Assembly (NCBI GenBank): GCA_965248575.1
Contig: CBDFJQ010000002.1
Span: 1,376,001-1,440,000, forward strand
Length of the DNA stretch: 64,000 nucleotides
Reading direction: 5' to 3'
Origin: Planctomycetota bacterium
GTDB taxonomy: Bacteria > Planctomycetota > B15-G4
Made by a program: the position numbers and the translations under genes. How positions within the stretch are numbered: position 1 is the first letter of the stretch; every line of letters starts with the position of its first letter. Below, one piece after another: positions 54,356 to 62,912 of this stretch. The notes under the pieces are model-generated. The model did not search any database and was not told where the DNA came from. It saw only the letters and a program-made list of their open reading frames with translations.

Positions 54356-55488
54356 TGGTCCACCTCCCGCTTGTAGAAGCTGAGCAGGAACAGGAAGAAT
54401 AGACCGCCCAGGAGCGACATCACGACGCCGGGTCGCAACGCGTGCTCCGCGAGCAGCGCATGATTGAGCAGCTCGATGCTCAGCAGGAAGACCGCACCGC
54501 CGGGCAGCGCCAGGGGAAGCAAGCCCTTGTGACGTCCGCCGCAGAGCATGCGCAAGAGGTGCGGCACCACCAGCCCCAGGAACGCGATCTGTCCGGCCAC
54601 AGCCACGGCTGAGGCCGCTGACAACGCCGCTGCGCCAATGGCCAGCAGACGGACCTTGCGCACATCGACACCCAGGGCGCTCGCGTCCTCTTCACCGCCC
54701 GCGAGGAGATCCAGCTCCCAGGACACGAAGGGGATCACGGCGACGGCCAACGCAAGCCCGCCCCAGACAGTCAGCACGTGGTAGAGCGAGCGATCCGCCA
54801 GCGTTCCGAACGTCCAAGCAAAGATGGCGCGCGAAACCGCCCAGTCGTCCAGAAGCAGGGAGCTCACCAAGGAGAGCACACCTGCGATGCAGGTGTTCAC
54901 GGCAATGCCGGTCAGCAACAGTGTCGGCACCGAGAAGCGCCCGCCACGCGAAGACAGCGTCGCCACCAACAACACGACGGCCACGGAACCCAGGAAGCCA
55001 AAAGCGGGGATCAAGAAGGTCAGCAGGCCGACGTGACGCAGGGACGCCAGCGCCATCTCACTGGAGTCCGAGAGCCCGCTGAGGAAAGCGGGGCCGTAAC
55101 CGCTCATGAGCAGGATCGCGCAGGTCGCCCCGAGCGTGGCACCGCCCGTCACTCCGATCACGGAAGGAGCCGCCAAGCCGTTGCGGAACAAGCCCTGGAT
55201 CAGGACGCCCGAGAAGGCCAGGGCTGCGCCCACGCCCGCCGCGGTCAAGGCTCGCCACAGGCGCAGCTCGACAATAATCTGAGCCTGTCCGTCGAGCGCC
55301 TCGCCCAGACCCAACACCGCGAGGATGCCTTGCAGGGTCTCACCCAGATCCAAGACACCGGTCACGCCGACTCGGACGGACAGCAGCACCAAGACAGGCA
55401 GGGCCACGAGCAAGGTGACGCCCAAGGTGCGGGCCGAAAGCACCGCGCGTGAGCGGCTCAACGGGGGCCCCGCTCCGCGCGCCCCCAC
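54349..55488 (-). CDS. ABC transporter permease, BtuC/FecCD family
   Basis: ELRLWR, QGLFRNGLAAPSVIGV, LLLTGIAV, GEEDASALGV, GQIAFLGLVVPH. Confidence 0.9.
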   Translation of the reverse strand: MGARGAGPPLSRSRAVLSARTLGVTLLVALPVLVLLSVRVGVTGVLDLGETLQGILAVLGLGEALDGQAQIIVELRLWRALTAAGVGAALAFSGVLIQGLFRNGLAAPSVIGVTGGATLGATCAILLMSGYGPAFLSGLSDSSEMALASLRHVGLLTFLIPAFGFLGSVAVVLLVATLSSRGGRFSVPTLLLTGIAVNTCIAGVLSLVSSLLLDDWAVSRAIFAWTFGTLADRSLYHVLTVWGGLALAVAVIPFVSWELDLLAGGEEDASALGVDVRKVRLLAIGAAALSAASAVAVAGQIAFLGLVVPHLLRMLCGGRHKGLLPLALPGGAVFLLSIELLNHALLAEHALRPGVVMSLLGGLFFLFLLSFYKREVDQW

Positions 55489-56471
55489 TCCGCGGACTGC
55501 TCCAACACCCGCTCAGCAGCGTCGAGCAGGTGGTGCGACAGGGTCGTATAGAGCCAGGAGTCGAGCACGATGATGCGATCCTCGACAACCGCCCGCAGAC
55601 TCGCAAGGGCGGGTTCGGTGCGTAGCAGGCCAGCGGTTCCACCTGCATGCTGCGCCTCCGCCTGGCCACCCACCAACAGGGCGTCGGGATCGAGCACCAG
55701 CAGCTCCTCGAAGGTCAGGGCCGTATGCCCGGCGCGGGGGGCGATATTGCGGAAGCCCGCCAAGCGCAGGATCTCGTCATTGGTCGTCCCTGAGCCCGCT
55801 GCATAGCCCCCAGCACCGCCATTGCTGTAGGCCACGGCAGTCCACTCGGGGCGCCCCGTGGCGGCCTGCTCCAATCGCTCGACTTGCTCCGTGCAGCGCT
55901 CCAACAGGTCGCTGGCGGCCTGCTCGGCCCCCAGCAGCAATCCCAGGCTCCGAACCTGCACCTGCAGGCTGGGCCAGTCCGTTGGGTCCGGCAGGAGCAC
56001 GACCACGACCCCGGCCTCCCGCAGGCGGGCCGTGGTGTCAGCGCTCTGCCAGGGGTAGGCCAGCACCAGGTCCGGCCGCAGCTGCAGCAACCGCTCCGCC
56101 TCATACTGCTGGAACCGAGGGCGGGCCAGATACGGACTGTCGGCATCTCGTAGGCCTGAGTATCGCTCGGAAGACCCAGGGATTCCCGCAACTCGCTCAG
56201 GCGGAATCAGGGCACACACCAGATCAACGCTGCCCGAGGCGGCCGCCACGACAGCCTGAGGTGCCCGCTCCAGATGAAGAGTCTCTCCGCCCGGGAGCGG
56301 GACGTCGCGCGGGAATCCGGATTGGACCGAACCATCCCGGGCTGCGCCCCGAGGCTCGCGCTGCTGCCCCTGCTCGCTGCCCTCGGTCCACAGCAACAGC
56401 AAGGACAAGAGCAGCAAGACGGCGAGCGGGAGCCACCAGCTCGACTTGCGCCTGTTCACTGCACCGGTCAC
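55458..56471 (-). CDS. ABC substrate-binding protein, BtuF/FecB-like (helical backbone)
   Basis: N-terminal TM, ERLLQLRPDLVL, AGSGTTNDEILRLAGFRN, EELLVLDPD, LRAVVEDRI. Confidence 0.82.
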   Translation of the reverse strand: MTGAVNRRKSSWWLPLAVLLLLSLLLLWTEGSEQGQQREPRGAARDGSVQSGFPRDVPLPGGETLHLERAPQAVVAAASGSVDLVCALIPPERVAGIPGSSERYSGLRDADSPYLARPRFQQYEAERLLQLRPDLVLAYPWQSADTTARLREAGVVVVLLPDPTDWPSLQVQVRSLGLLLGAEQAASDLLERCTEQVERLEQAATGRPEWTAVAYSNGGAGGYAAGSGTTNDEILRLAGFRNIAPRAGHTALTFEELLVLDPDALLVGGQAEAQHAGGTAGLLRTEPALASLRAVVEDRIIVLDSWLYTTLSHHLLDAAERVLEQSAEWGRAERGPR

Positions 56472-56935
56472 TGCACCGGCTGGTCGAGGACGTCGTGGAT
56501 GGTGTAGCCCGCCAAGCGCGGCTTCCAGAGTTCGAGCAGCTCAAGGTGCAACGGGTGGCTCAGGTAGTCCTTGTAGGCCGCCTGATCGGAGAAGCCCACC
56601 AGCAGCGCGAGGTCATAGTCCCCGTCGACATTGGCACGGCCGGTGTCGAGGTGTTGCCCCGCGGCGTAGGCCACCACGCCGGGGATGGGCACCAGCAGGC
56701 GTTCGCAGTCCGCAAGCAAGGCCTCTGCGTCACTCGCATCGTGCAGCCGGAACGCAACCCAGTGCAGGATGGCTGCAGGGCGAATCGGAGCCCCTTGGCC
56801 TGGCCCACTGCCGCTCTTTGTACAGCCGGCCGCCGGTGCCGCGCAGGCACCGACGGCCGACAGAATCAGCGCTCCCAGGACAAGATCACGCACCCATCGC
56901 AGGGATGGCTGCGCGCCCTGGACAGCGCATCGCAA
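56468..56935 (-). CDS. Dabb-family (stress-responsive A/B barrel) protein with signal/lipobox-like N-terminus
   Basis: ILHWVAFRL, IPGV, YDLALLVGF, YLSHPLH. Confidence 0.8.
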   Translation of the reverse strand: MRCAVQGAQPSLRWVRDLVLGALILSAVGACAAPAAGCTKSGSGPGQGAPIRPAAILHWVAFRLHDASDAEALLADCERLLVPIPGVVAYAAGQHLDTGRANVDGDYDLALLVGFSDQAAYKDYLSHPLHLELLELWKPRLAGYTIHDVLDQPVQ

Positions 56936-56946
56936 CCCGAAACAGA

Positions 56947-58539
56947 TCAGGGAAGCGTGACCATGATGGCGTTGGACAGCGACACGCCGAACATGGCGGC
57001 CGGGTCGTCGAAGCCGAACTGGATGAAGATGTTCAAGCCAGGCGGGTTCGTGCCCAGGTCCGTCCAGCCCAGGTCGATCTCACCAGCCCCGTCGGTGAAC
57101 AGGTTGAGCGAGAGCACCAAGGGCAGGCCGGGGATCAACTGGCCGCCGAAGAAGTTGGCCGGGGTGTTGGTCAGGGACGCGAAGGCCACCGCCAACTTGC
57201 TGGGCACGGCGTTGCGCACGTGCAACGAGCCGGGGTCACCCGCACCCACACCGCCCGTTCCGTACAGGACGGGGTCGCCGCTCACGCCCGGGTAGGCGTC
57301 GCCGAGACCCAAGAACGGCCCGTCGGGCACCAACTTGTAGATCCGATTGAATTGCAGATCGCACATGTACAACTCGCCGTCGGCATCCTCACCAAAGGCC
57401 GACACGCGGCCGATGGACGTAGCGCCTGGAGGATCCAGCTCGCTCGTGCGCTCGACCGGTGGCGCCGTGAAAACCGTGCCGTCGTACGCGAGGCTGAACA
57501 GCTTGGCCGTCTGGTAGTCGGCGTAGAAGTAGGTGCCGTCCAGATCGGGGATGGCGTCGCCACGGTAGACGTAACCACCTGTGATGGACTGCCCGGTCCC
57601 GTGGGTGTAACCAGCGAAGGGACCGGTGAGTTCGGGAGCGCTGCAGGTGCAACCGCTCAGGCCCGAGCAGATGGCACCTTCCATGCAGCGCCAACCCCAG
57701 TTCACGAAGGTCGCTGCATTGACGTCGGCAACCGCCAGGAAGTCGAGTTCCTCCCGAGCGTTCTGGCCCACATCGCCGATGTACAGGTCATCGGTCTCGC
57801 TGTCGAAGCTGAAGCGCCAGGGGTTGCGCAAGCCGATGTGGATGATTTCATCCAGCAGGTTTGCATCACCCACGCCGGGATTGTCGCCGGGAATGGAGTA
57901 GTTCTTGTTCGGGTCCGCCGGGAAGTCATCACCGTCGACATCCAGGCGCAGCATCTTGCCGAGCAGGTTCAGGCCGAACTGCGCGTTGCCGCCCGACACG
58001 TGGCCACTCCCGGTGTCGTTGAAGTTGCCGCCATCACCGGTGGCGACCCAGAGGTAGCCATTGGGGCCGAAGTTGATCGCGCCACCGTTGTGGTTCGACT
58101 GGGGCTGGCTGAACTCGATCACCGTCTGGGCGCTGCCCGCGAGGGCCAGGTTCGGGTTCACGGTATCGCGCAAATAGCGCACGACCTTCGTCCCGCCACC
58201 GCCCGTGTAGTTCACGTAGAACTGGCGGTTGGACTGGTAGTCCGGGTGAAAGGCCATGCCAAGCAGACCCTGCTCATTGCCACCGGTCGTGACGAGGCCC
58301 GTGAGATCCAGGAACGGAGCGGCGATCTTCACACCGTTCACGATGACGTGGATGTCCGCCGAGTTCTGCTCCACCACGAAGTTGCGGGACGCATCGCCGG
58401 GCGCGGTCAGGAACTGCACCGGGCGAACATAGTCGGCGTAGACGAGCTGGCCCACCAACGGCGTGGACTGCGCGCTGGAGGCGGGGGCAAAGACGGCCAG
58501 GCTAGCGAGGCCAAGCAGGGAGAGGGCAAGGTGCCTCAT
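56947..58539 (-). CDS. Secreted PQQ-dependent glucose/sorbosone dehydrogenase family protein with extra C-terminal domain
   Basis: Signal peptide MRHLALSLLGLASLAVFAPASSA-Q; EQGLLGMAFHPDY, NHNGG, TGDGG, LGKMLRLDVD, GLRNPWRFSFD, GDVGQ, SITGGYVYRG, SAFGED. Extended -10 TGGTATGCT at 58638-58630. Confidence 0.9.
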   Translation of the reverse strand: MRHLALSLLGLASLAVFAPASSAQSTPLVGQLVYADYVRPVQFLTAPGDASRNFVVEQNSADIHVIVNGVKIAAPFLDLTGLVTTGGNEQGLLGMAFHPDYQSNRQFYVNYTGGGGTKVVRYLRDTVNPNLALAGSAQTVIEFSQPQSNHNGGAINFGPNGYLWVATGDGGNFNDTGSGHVSGGNAQFGLNLLGKMLRLDVDGDDFPADPNKNYSIPGDNPGVGDANLLDEIIHIGLRNPWRFSFDSETDDLYIGDVGQNAREELDFLAVADVNAATFVNWGWRCMEGAICSGLSGCTCSAPELTGPFAGYTHGTGQSITGGYVYRGDAIPDLDGTYFYADYQTAKLFSLAYDGTVFTAPPVERTSELDPPGATSIGRVSAFGEDADGELYMCDLQFNRIYKLVPDGPFLGLGDAYPGVSGDPVLYGTGGVGAGDPGSLHVRNAVPSKLAVAFASLTNTPANFFGGQLIPGLPLVLSLNLFTDGAGEIDLGWTDLGTNPPGLNIFIQFGFDDPAAMFGVSLSNAIMVTLP

Positions 58540-58754
58540 GGAGCGATACTCCGCATCGGGATCTGGGAGGAGAGGGCGAGGAGGGCCAGCAGAGGTGGGC
58601 GCGGAGACACGCGCACACAATTGCCGCAAAGCATACCACGCTCTGAGCGGCTGCCCTGGGCGAAAGGAAGCTCACAACGGGGGGCTGAAGGGCCTCTCCG
58701 GCGACCGATCAAATCAAATTACCCGGCTGTCGGGAGGTGGTCATCAAGCCTCAA

Positions 58755-60071
58755 TCAGAAGATGACCTGGTACTGCCCCCGATATTGCATCTCGTCCTTC
58801 TTGCCGGCGCTCTTGTTCACCACCTTGGTGACATCAAAGGTGAACTTGCTGTTGTGCTTGTCGCTGTAGCGCACCAGGGCCAGCGTCGATTCCAGCATGT
58901 CGCTGGCCACGTCGAAGTTCACCTCGGAGCGCCGAAAGACGACCTCATACTTGTTGGGCACGACCATCACACCGACCTGGGCGTTGTAGCCACGGTCGGT
59001 CTGGTTGGGGGCCCCTGCGATGTCCATGCGGCGGCTGAAGTACTCGGACAAGACGGACACTGGCCCCGTCAGGAGTTGCGCTTCAAAACCCATGCTGGTG
59101 TCGCTGGAGCGGCTGTCACCTGCCGTCCCGTCTCCGTCCACATCCTGAGCCTGGTCGTCGTTGCGCATCACCGAAGCACCGATGGCCAGCCGAGTGCTTC
59201 CGTCTTCCACGGTCTGGAAGGAGGAGACGTCCTTCTTCACCTCACCCAGGGGGTTCACCACCACCCTGCCGCCGTAGCGCAAGCCTGAGGCCCCGCTCCC
59301 CGTCTCGCCGCTCGCGTTGGAAATGTTCGTGCCTTCGCCGTTGAACACACCCGCGTAGTACTCGATGAACTTGTCCTCGGTGGCACCGTAGAACATCAGT
59401 CCTGGCTCACGATCGGGGGTAAAGACCCTGGTCGCCCGGGAGCCATCCACCGTGTTGAGCCTCGAGCTCACCATGTGCACTTCGCGTCCGAAGGGGACTT
59501 TCACTTGACCGGCCTTCACGTTCATGCCGTCACCGAGGCCCCAGTTCACCCAGGCGTCGGTCAGGGAGAACGATTTGGCGTCCTTGTTCACCGAGTTCTG
59601 CGTGGCCGCATCAAACTCGATCTTGTAGGTGGTGTTGTCGCCGCCCGCCTTGCCGAACAAGGCCAGGCGCCCACGACGCAGGCTGATGTTGGTTTCATCG
59701 GCTGCGCGGTTCCCGCTCTCACCCTCATTGACGTCCGCCTGGATCTGCAGCCGGCCCTTGAAGCCCATGGACCACTGACCGTCCTCGGACTCCACCTTGA
59801 ACTTGCCGGGCTTTCCGCCGCTGGCCGAAATGTCGGGAGCCTGCATGCGGCGCAAGCGCGCCTCGAGCAGGTCGAGTTCGCGAGCCTTCTGGCTCTCCGT
59901 CTCGGCGAGCCCCATGAGCTCCTCGTAGGTGGCTGCATCGATGATGCCGCGCTCCAGCAGGATGTCCAGGATCGCGACTTCCACTGTGTTCGTGTCGTCA
60001 TCCCGAGCCATCACGGCGGTGGCGGGGAAGAGCAATGCAGCAAGCAGGAACCAGCGAATCGAGCCCACCAT
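58755..60071 (-). CDS. Outer-membrane porin, OprO/OprP (phosphate-selective) family
   Basis: Signal peptide, GRLQ, LRRGRL, DAWVNW, GQVKVPFGRE, DREPG, YYAGVFNG; C-terminal beta-signal YQVIF. SD GGAG lies 7 nt upstream of the ATG. Confidence 0.82.
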   Translation of the reverse strand: MVGSIRWFLLAALLFPATAVMARDDDTNTVEVAILDILLERGIIDAATYEELMGLAETESQKARELDLLEARLRRMQAPDISASGGKPGKFKVESEDGQWSMGFKGRLQIQADVNEGESGNRAADETNISLRRGRLALFGKAGGDNTTYKIEFDAATQNSVNKDAKSFSLTDAWVNWGLGDGMNVKAGQVKVPFGREVHMVSSRLNTVDGSRATRVFTPDREPGLMFYGATEDKFIEYYAGVFNGEGTNISNASGETGSGASGLRYGGRVVVNPLGEVKKDVSSFQTVEDGSTRLAIGASVMRNDDQAQDVDGDGTAGDSRSSDTSMGFEAQLLTGPVSVLSEYFSRRMDIAGAPNQTDRGYNAQVGVMVVPNKYEVVFRRSEVNFDVASDMLESTLALVRYSDKHNSKFTFDVTKVVNKSAGKKDEMQYRGQYQVIF

Positions 60072-60320
60072 GGCAGGTCTCCGGAAGTGAAGGTGGTATG
60101 AGGAACTCTGTACGTGCCGGGAGTCATCTCATCCCATTGTGAGGATTGCGTTCAAAGGGATGGGATGTCCGGAAAGCACTCCCGGAACCCCCGTGGAAAA
60201 CGCGGAACACCGTCCAGATTGGCGCACGCTCACCTCAACGCGTTGGAGACGATGGCCGCAGCAAAGCAGGCGCCCCCCTCCCGCCTCAAGCCTCAGCCTG
60301 CAATTGTCGAACAACAGAAC

Positions 60321-62138
60321 ATGCTCTGCCTTCGATATGGACCGACGCTCGTCCTGTCCCTGGCCCTCTGCACGAGCCTCTCGGCACAACTCCTGAAACC
60401 CGCCCCCCGTGTCTCTGGGCTGGCGGCAGCCGAATCGGGCTGGGTCCCTTGGCGCGGCATGCGAGCCGTGCGCGAACGGGCCGTGGTTCGCTTCGAGCCG
60501 GGAACGAGTCCAGCACAGCGAGCGCAGCTCCTTGCGGCATGGGGCGCCACGCCCTTGCGCGAGCTGGGCCCCGCGATGGCGGTGCTCGACCTGCCCGGCA
60601 GCGGTCCCCTCAGCGCCACCCTGAGTCGGCTGTCCAGCAACCCTTGGGTTCGGAGCGCTGACCCCGATCTGGGCATCCCTACCGTGGGCGCGCCGCTCTC
60701 TCCCCCAGACGATCCAGCCCTCCCATTGCAGTGGGCCCTGGGGCCGGTGCGTGCCCATGAGGCTTGGGAACTCGAGCAAGGCGATCCATCCGTGGTGATC
60801 GCCGTGCTCGACACGGGCTTCGCCAGCTCCCACCCAGACCTCGCACCCAAGCTGGCCTGGCAGATGGACGCGTGGGACGGAGACGTGACGGCAGAGGACA
60901 CCGATGGGCATGGGTCCCACTGCACCGGCGTGGCCGCGGCAGCGACGGACAATGCGCTCGGCATCGCCGGGGCCTCCCATGGGTGCCGTTTCGCTGCTTA
61001 CCGCTGCGGAGAAGACACCCTGCTCAGCTCCAGCGTCGTCATTGCGAGCCTGCTGGACGCCGCCGCGCGTGGTGCCCACGTGATCTCCATGTCCTTCGGC
61101 ATGTACGTGGACCTCCCCTCTCTCCAGTCAGCCGTCCAAACTGCTGCGGACTCGGGCTGTGTGCTCGTGGCAGCCGCCGGAAACGATGCGCTCTCCGGCC
61201 CGTTCTACCCCGCGGCCTATCCCGAGGTGATCGGCGTGGCGGCCTCGGCACCGAACGACAGCCGGGCCCTCTTCTCGAACTACGGCAACTGGGTTTCGGT
61301 TGCGGCACCTGGCCAGAGCATCTACTCCACGGGCCTCGGCACGAGCTACGGCTACCGCAGTGGTACCTCAATGGCCTGCCCACTGGTGGCGGGCCAGGCC
61401 GCGCTGCTCTACGCCCATGGTGGAGGCGTTCGTTCCGTCACCTTGGCGCAGGCCGTGCGCGACGCCCTGCAAGACAGCGCCGCCCCGGTCACCGGTGGCT
61501 GGGTCGCCCATGGCCGCGTGGACATGGCGGCCGCTCTCGAGTTCATGGAACAGTCGGCGAGTGTGCAGATCGCCTCCCTCTCTCCCGCCAGTGCGGATGC
61601 GCTGGGACGCACTCCCGACGGCGCCCCCATCCTGCTGAACGGCAGCGGCCTGACCCTCGTCACGGCTGCCCTGGTCGGGACCATTCCCGTGGACGTCGAG
61701 GTGCTGAGCGACACCCAGCTGAGTTTTCAGCCGCCTCCCGCGCCCGCACTCGGTGTGCTGCCCCTTCAACTCCTGAGCGCCTCGGGCTCGAGCAATACGG
61801 TCGGTTTCAACTACACGATCGTGAGCCCACCCCATCTGCTTGTCCCCAAACAGCAGTCCGTCGGACAGCCGCTCACTTGGACCTTCGGCGCGCAGCCCCT
61901 GCACACGGCTGTCCTGCTCGCGTCCTTGTCCGCGGACACGCTTCCCCTCGGCGATTGGCCCGTCCTGGCCAGCTTCGTGGTGGGACCCGCGACCGTGTTG
62001 GACGAGCAGGGCGTCGGCACGTTCGCCGCCTCGCTTCCTGCAAATGCCGTCGGCTTGGAGCTCTTCACCCAGGTCATCAGCGGCCCGGGTCATTTCGAAG
62101 CGGCTACCCCGGTGGCAAGCACCAACATCCAGCCCTGA
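60321..62138 (+). CDS. Secreted subtilisin/thermitase-like S8 peptidase with IPT/TIG and C-terminal domain
   Basis: Triad IAVLDTG / HGSHCTG / GTSMACP, AAAGND, YPAAYPEVI, FSNYG; signal peptide from ATG 60321; IPT-like IASLSP...LNGSGL. Confidence 0.9.
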   Translation: MLCLRYGPTLVLSLALCTSLSAQLLKPAPRVSGLAAAESGWVPWRGMRAVRERAVVRFEPGTSPAQRAQLLAAWGATPLRELGPAMAVLDLPGSGPLSATLSRLSSNPWVRSADPDLGIPTVGAPLSPPDDPALPLQWALGPVRAHEAWELEQGDPSVVIAVLDTGFASSHPDLAPKLAWQMDAWDGDVTAEDTDGHGSHCTGVAAAATDNALGIAGASHGCRFAAYRCGEDTLLSSSVVIASLLDAAARGAHVISMSFGMYVDLPSLQSAVQTAADSGCVLVAAAGNDALSGPFYPAAYPEVIGVAASAPNDSRALFSNYGNWVSVAAPGQSIYSTGLGTSYGYRSGTSMACPLVAGQAALLYAHGGGVRSVTLAQAVRDALQDSAAPVTGGWVAHGRVDMAAALEFMEQSASVQIASLSPASADALGRTPDGAPILLNGSGLTLVTAALVGTIPVDVEVLSDTQLSFQPPPAPALGVLPLQLLSASGSSNTVGFNYTIVSPPHLLVPKQQSVGQPLTWTFGAQPLHTAVLLASLSADTLPLGDWPVLASFVVGPATVLDEQGVGTFAASLPANAVGLELFTQVISGPGHFEAATPVASTNIQP

Positions 62139-62160
62139 GCCTGACGCCTGGCTCGGGGCT
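62131..62160. terminator. Hairpin between the convergent S8 and O-methyltransferase genes
   Basis: AGCCCTGAGCC / GGCTCGGGGCT 11-bp stem with one G-U pair. Confidence 0.4.
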
Positions 62161-62810
62161 CAGTCCTTGACCGAGACCCACAGGCCGTCGCCCACGGGAA
62201 CGATGACGGACGTCATCCCGCTCGCCGCCGCCATGTGATCGTTGAAGGCGCGCACGGCACCCACTTCGCCGTCCTTGGGCTCAGCGTCCAGCAACTCGCC
62301 GAACGCGAAGGCGTTGTCCGCCATGAACAACCCACCCTGCTTGAGCAGGCGCATGCCGTGCTCCCGATAGCTGACATAGCCAGCCTTGTCCGCATCCAGG
62401 AACATCGCGTCCACGGAGCCCTCCTCGATGTGGGGCAAGACATCATCGCCCGCACCGCGAATGACCGTGATGCGATCGGCGACATCCGACCGGGCGATCC
62501 ATTCCTCCGCGAAGTCTGCGTGCTTTGGACTCAATTCGATGGTCGCCACGCGCCCGCCCGGAGGGAGTGCCCGCGCCATGGAGATGGCTGAGTAACCTGC
62601 GAGCGTCCCCACCTCCACGACCTGGGAGGCCTTGTTCAACCGCAGCAGGATCCGCATCAGGCTCGCTTGGGCGGGATTGATCCAGATAGCCGGAATCCCG
62701 GCGGCTTCCGCTGCCGACTTGAGATCGCGCAGGAAGTCGTCATCCCCGGCGGTGCGCTCGGCCACGTAGGCGAAGTGGGCCGCAGTCAGGGTCGTGGGTT
62801 CTGCAGACAT
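62160..62810 (-). CDS. O-methyltransferase (caffeoyl-CoA OMT-like, Methyltransf_3)
   Basis: VVEVGTLAGYSAI, MFLDADK, MADNA, VPVGDGL. Confidence 0.9.
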   Translation of the reverse strand: MSAEPTTLTAAHFAYVAERTAGDDDFLRDLKSAAEAAGIPAIWINPAQASLMRILLRLNKASQVVEVGTLAGYSAISMARALPPGGRVATIELSPKHADFAEEWIARSDVADRITVIRGAGDDVLPHIEEGSVDAMFLDADKAGYVSYREHGMRLLKQGGLFMADNAFAFGELLDAEPKDGEVGAVRAFNDHMAAASGMTSVIVPVGDGLWVSVKD

Positions 62811-62912
62811 GTCGAACTCTCTCAAGCGGGGGATGAAGATCCGGGGCGCCAGATTGTGTCTGATGGGACGCTAGAATCGAGAGCGATCATTTCCTGGAGA
62901 CATCCGTCCGTC

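Noticed and set aside
56446..58869. 807-aa plus-strand ORF, and similar long ORFs such as 6870-8327(-), 42901-44436(+), 27440-29275(-) and 38519-39985(+)
   Set aside because: Antisense or alternate-frame shadows of well-supported genes, expected at this GC content, with no recognisable motifs.
60069..60084. GGAGACCTGCCA on the minus strand resembles the 3' B12-box of a cobalamin riboswitch, upstream of genes leading to the Btu-like transporter
   Set aside because: The upstream core elements (GGGAA, GCCACTG, GGGAAG) are absent. GGAG here is simply the Shine-Dalgarno 7 nt before the porin ATG.
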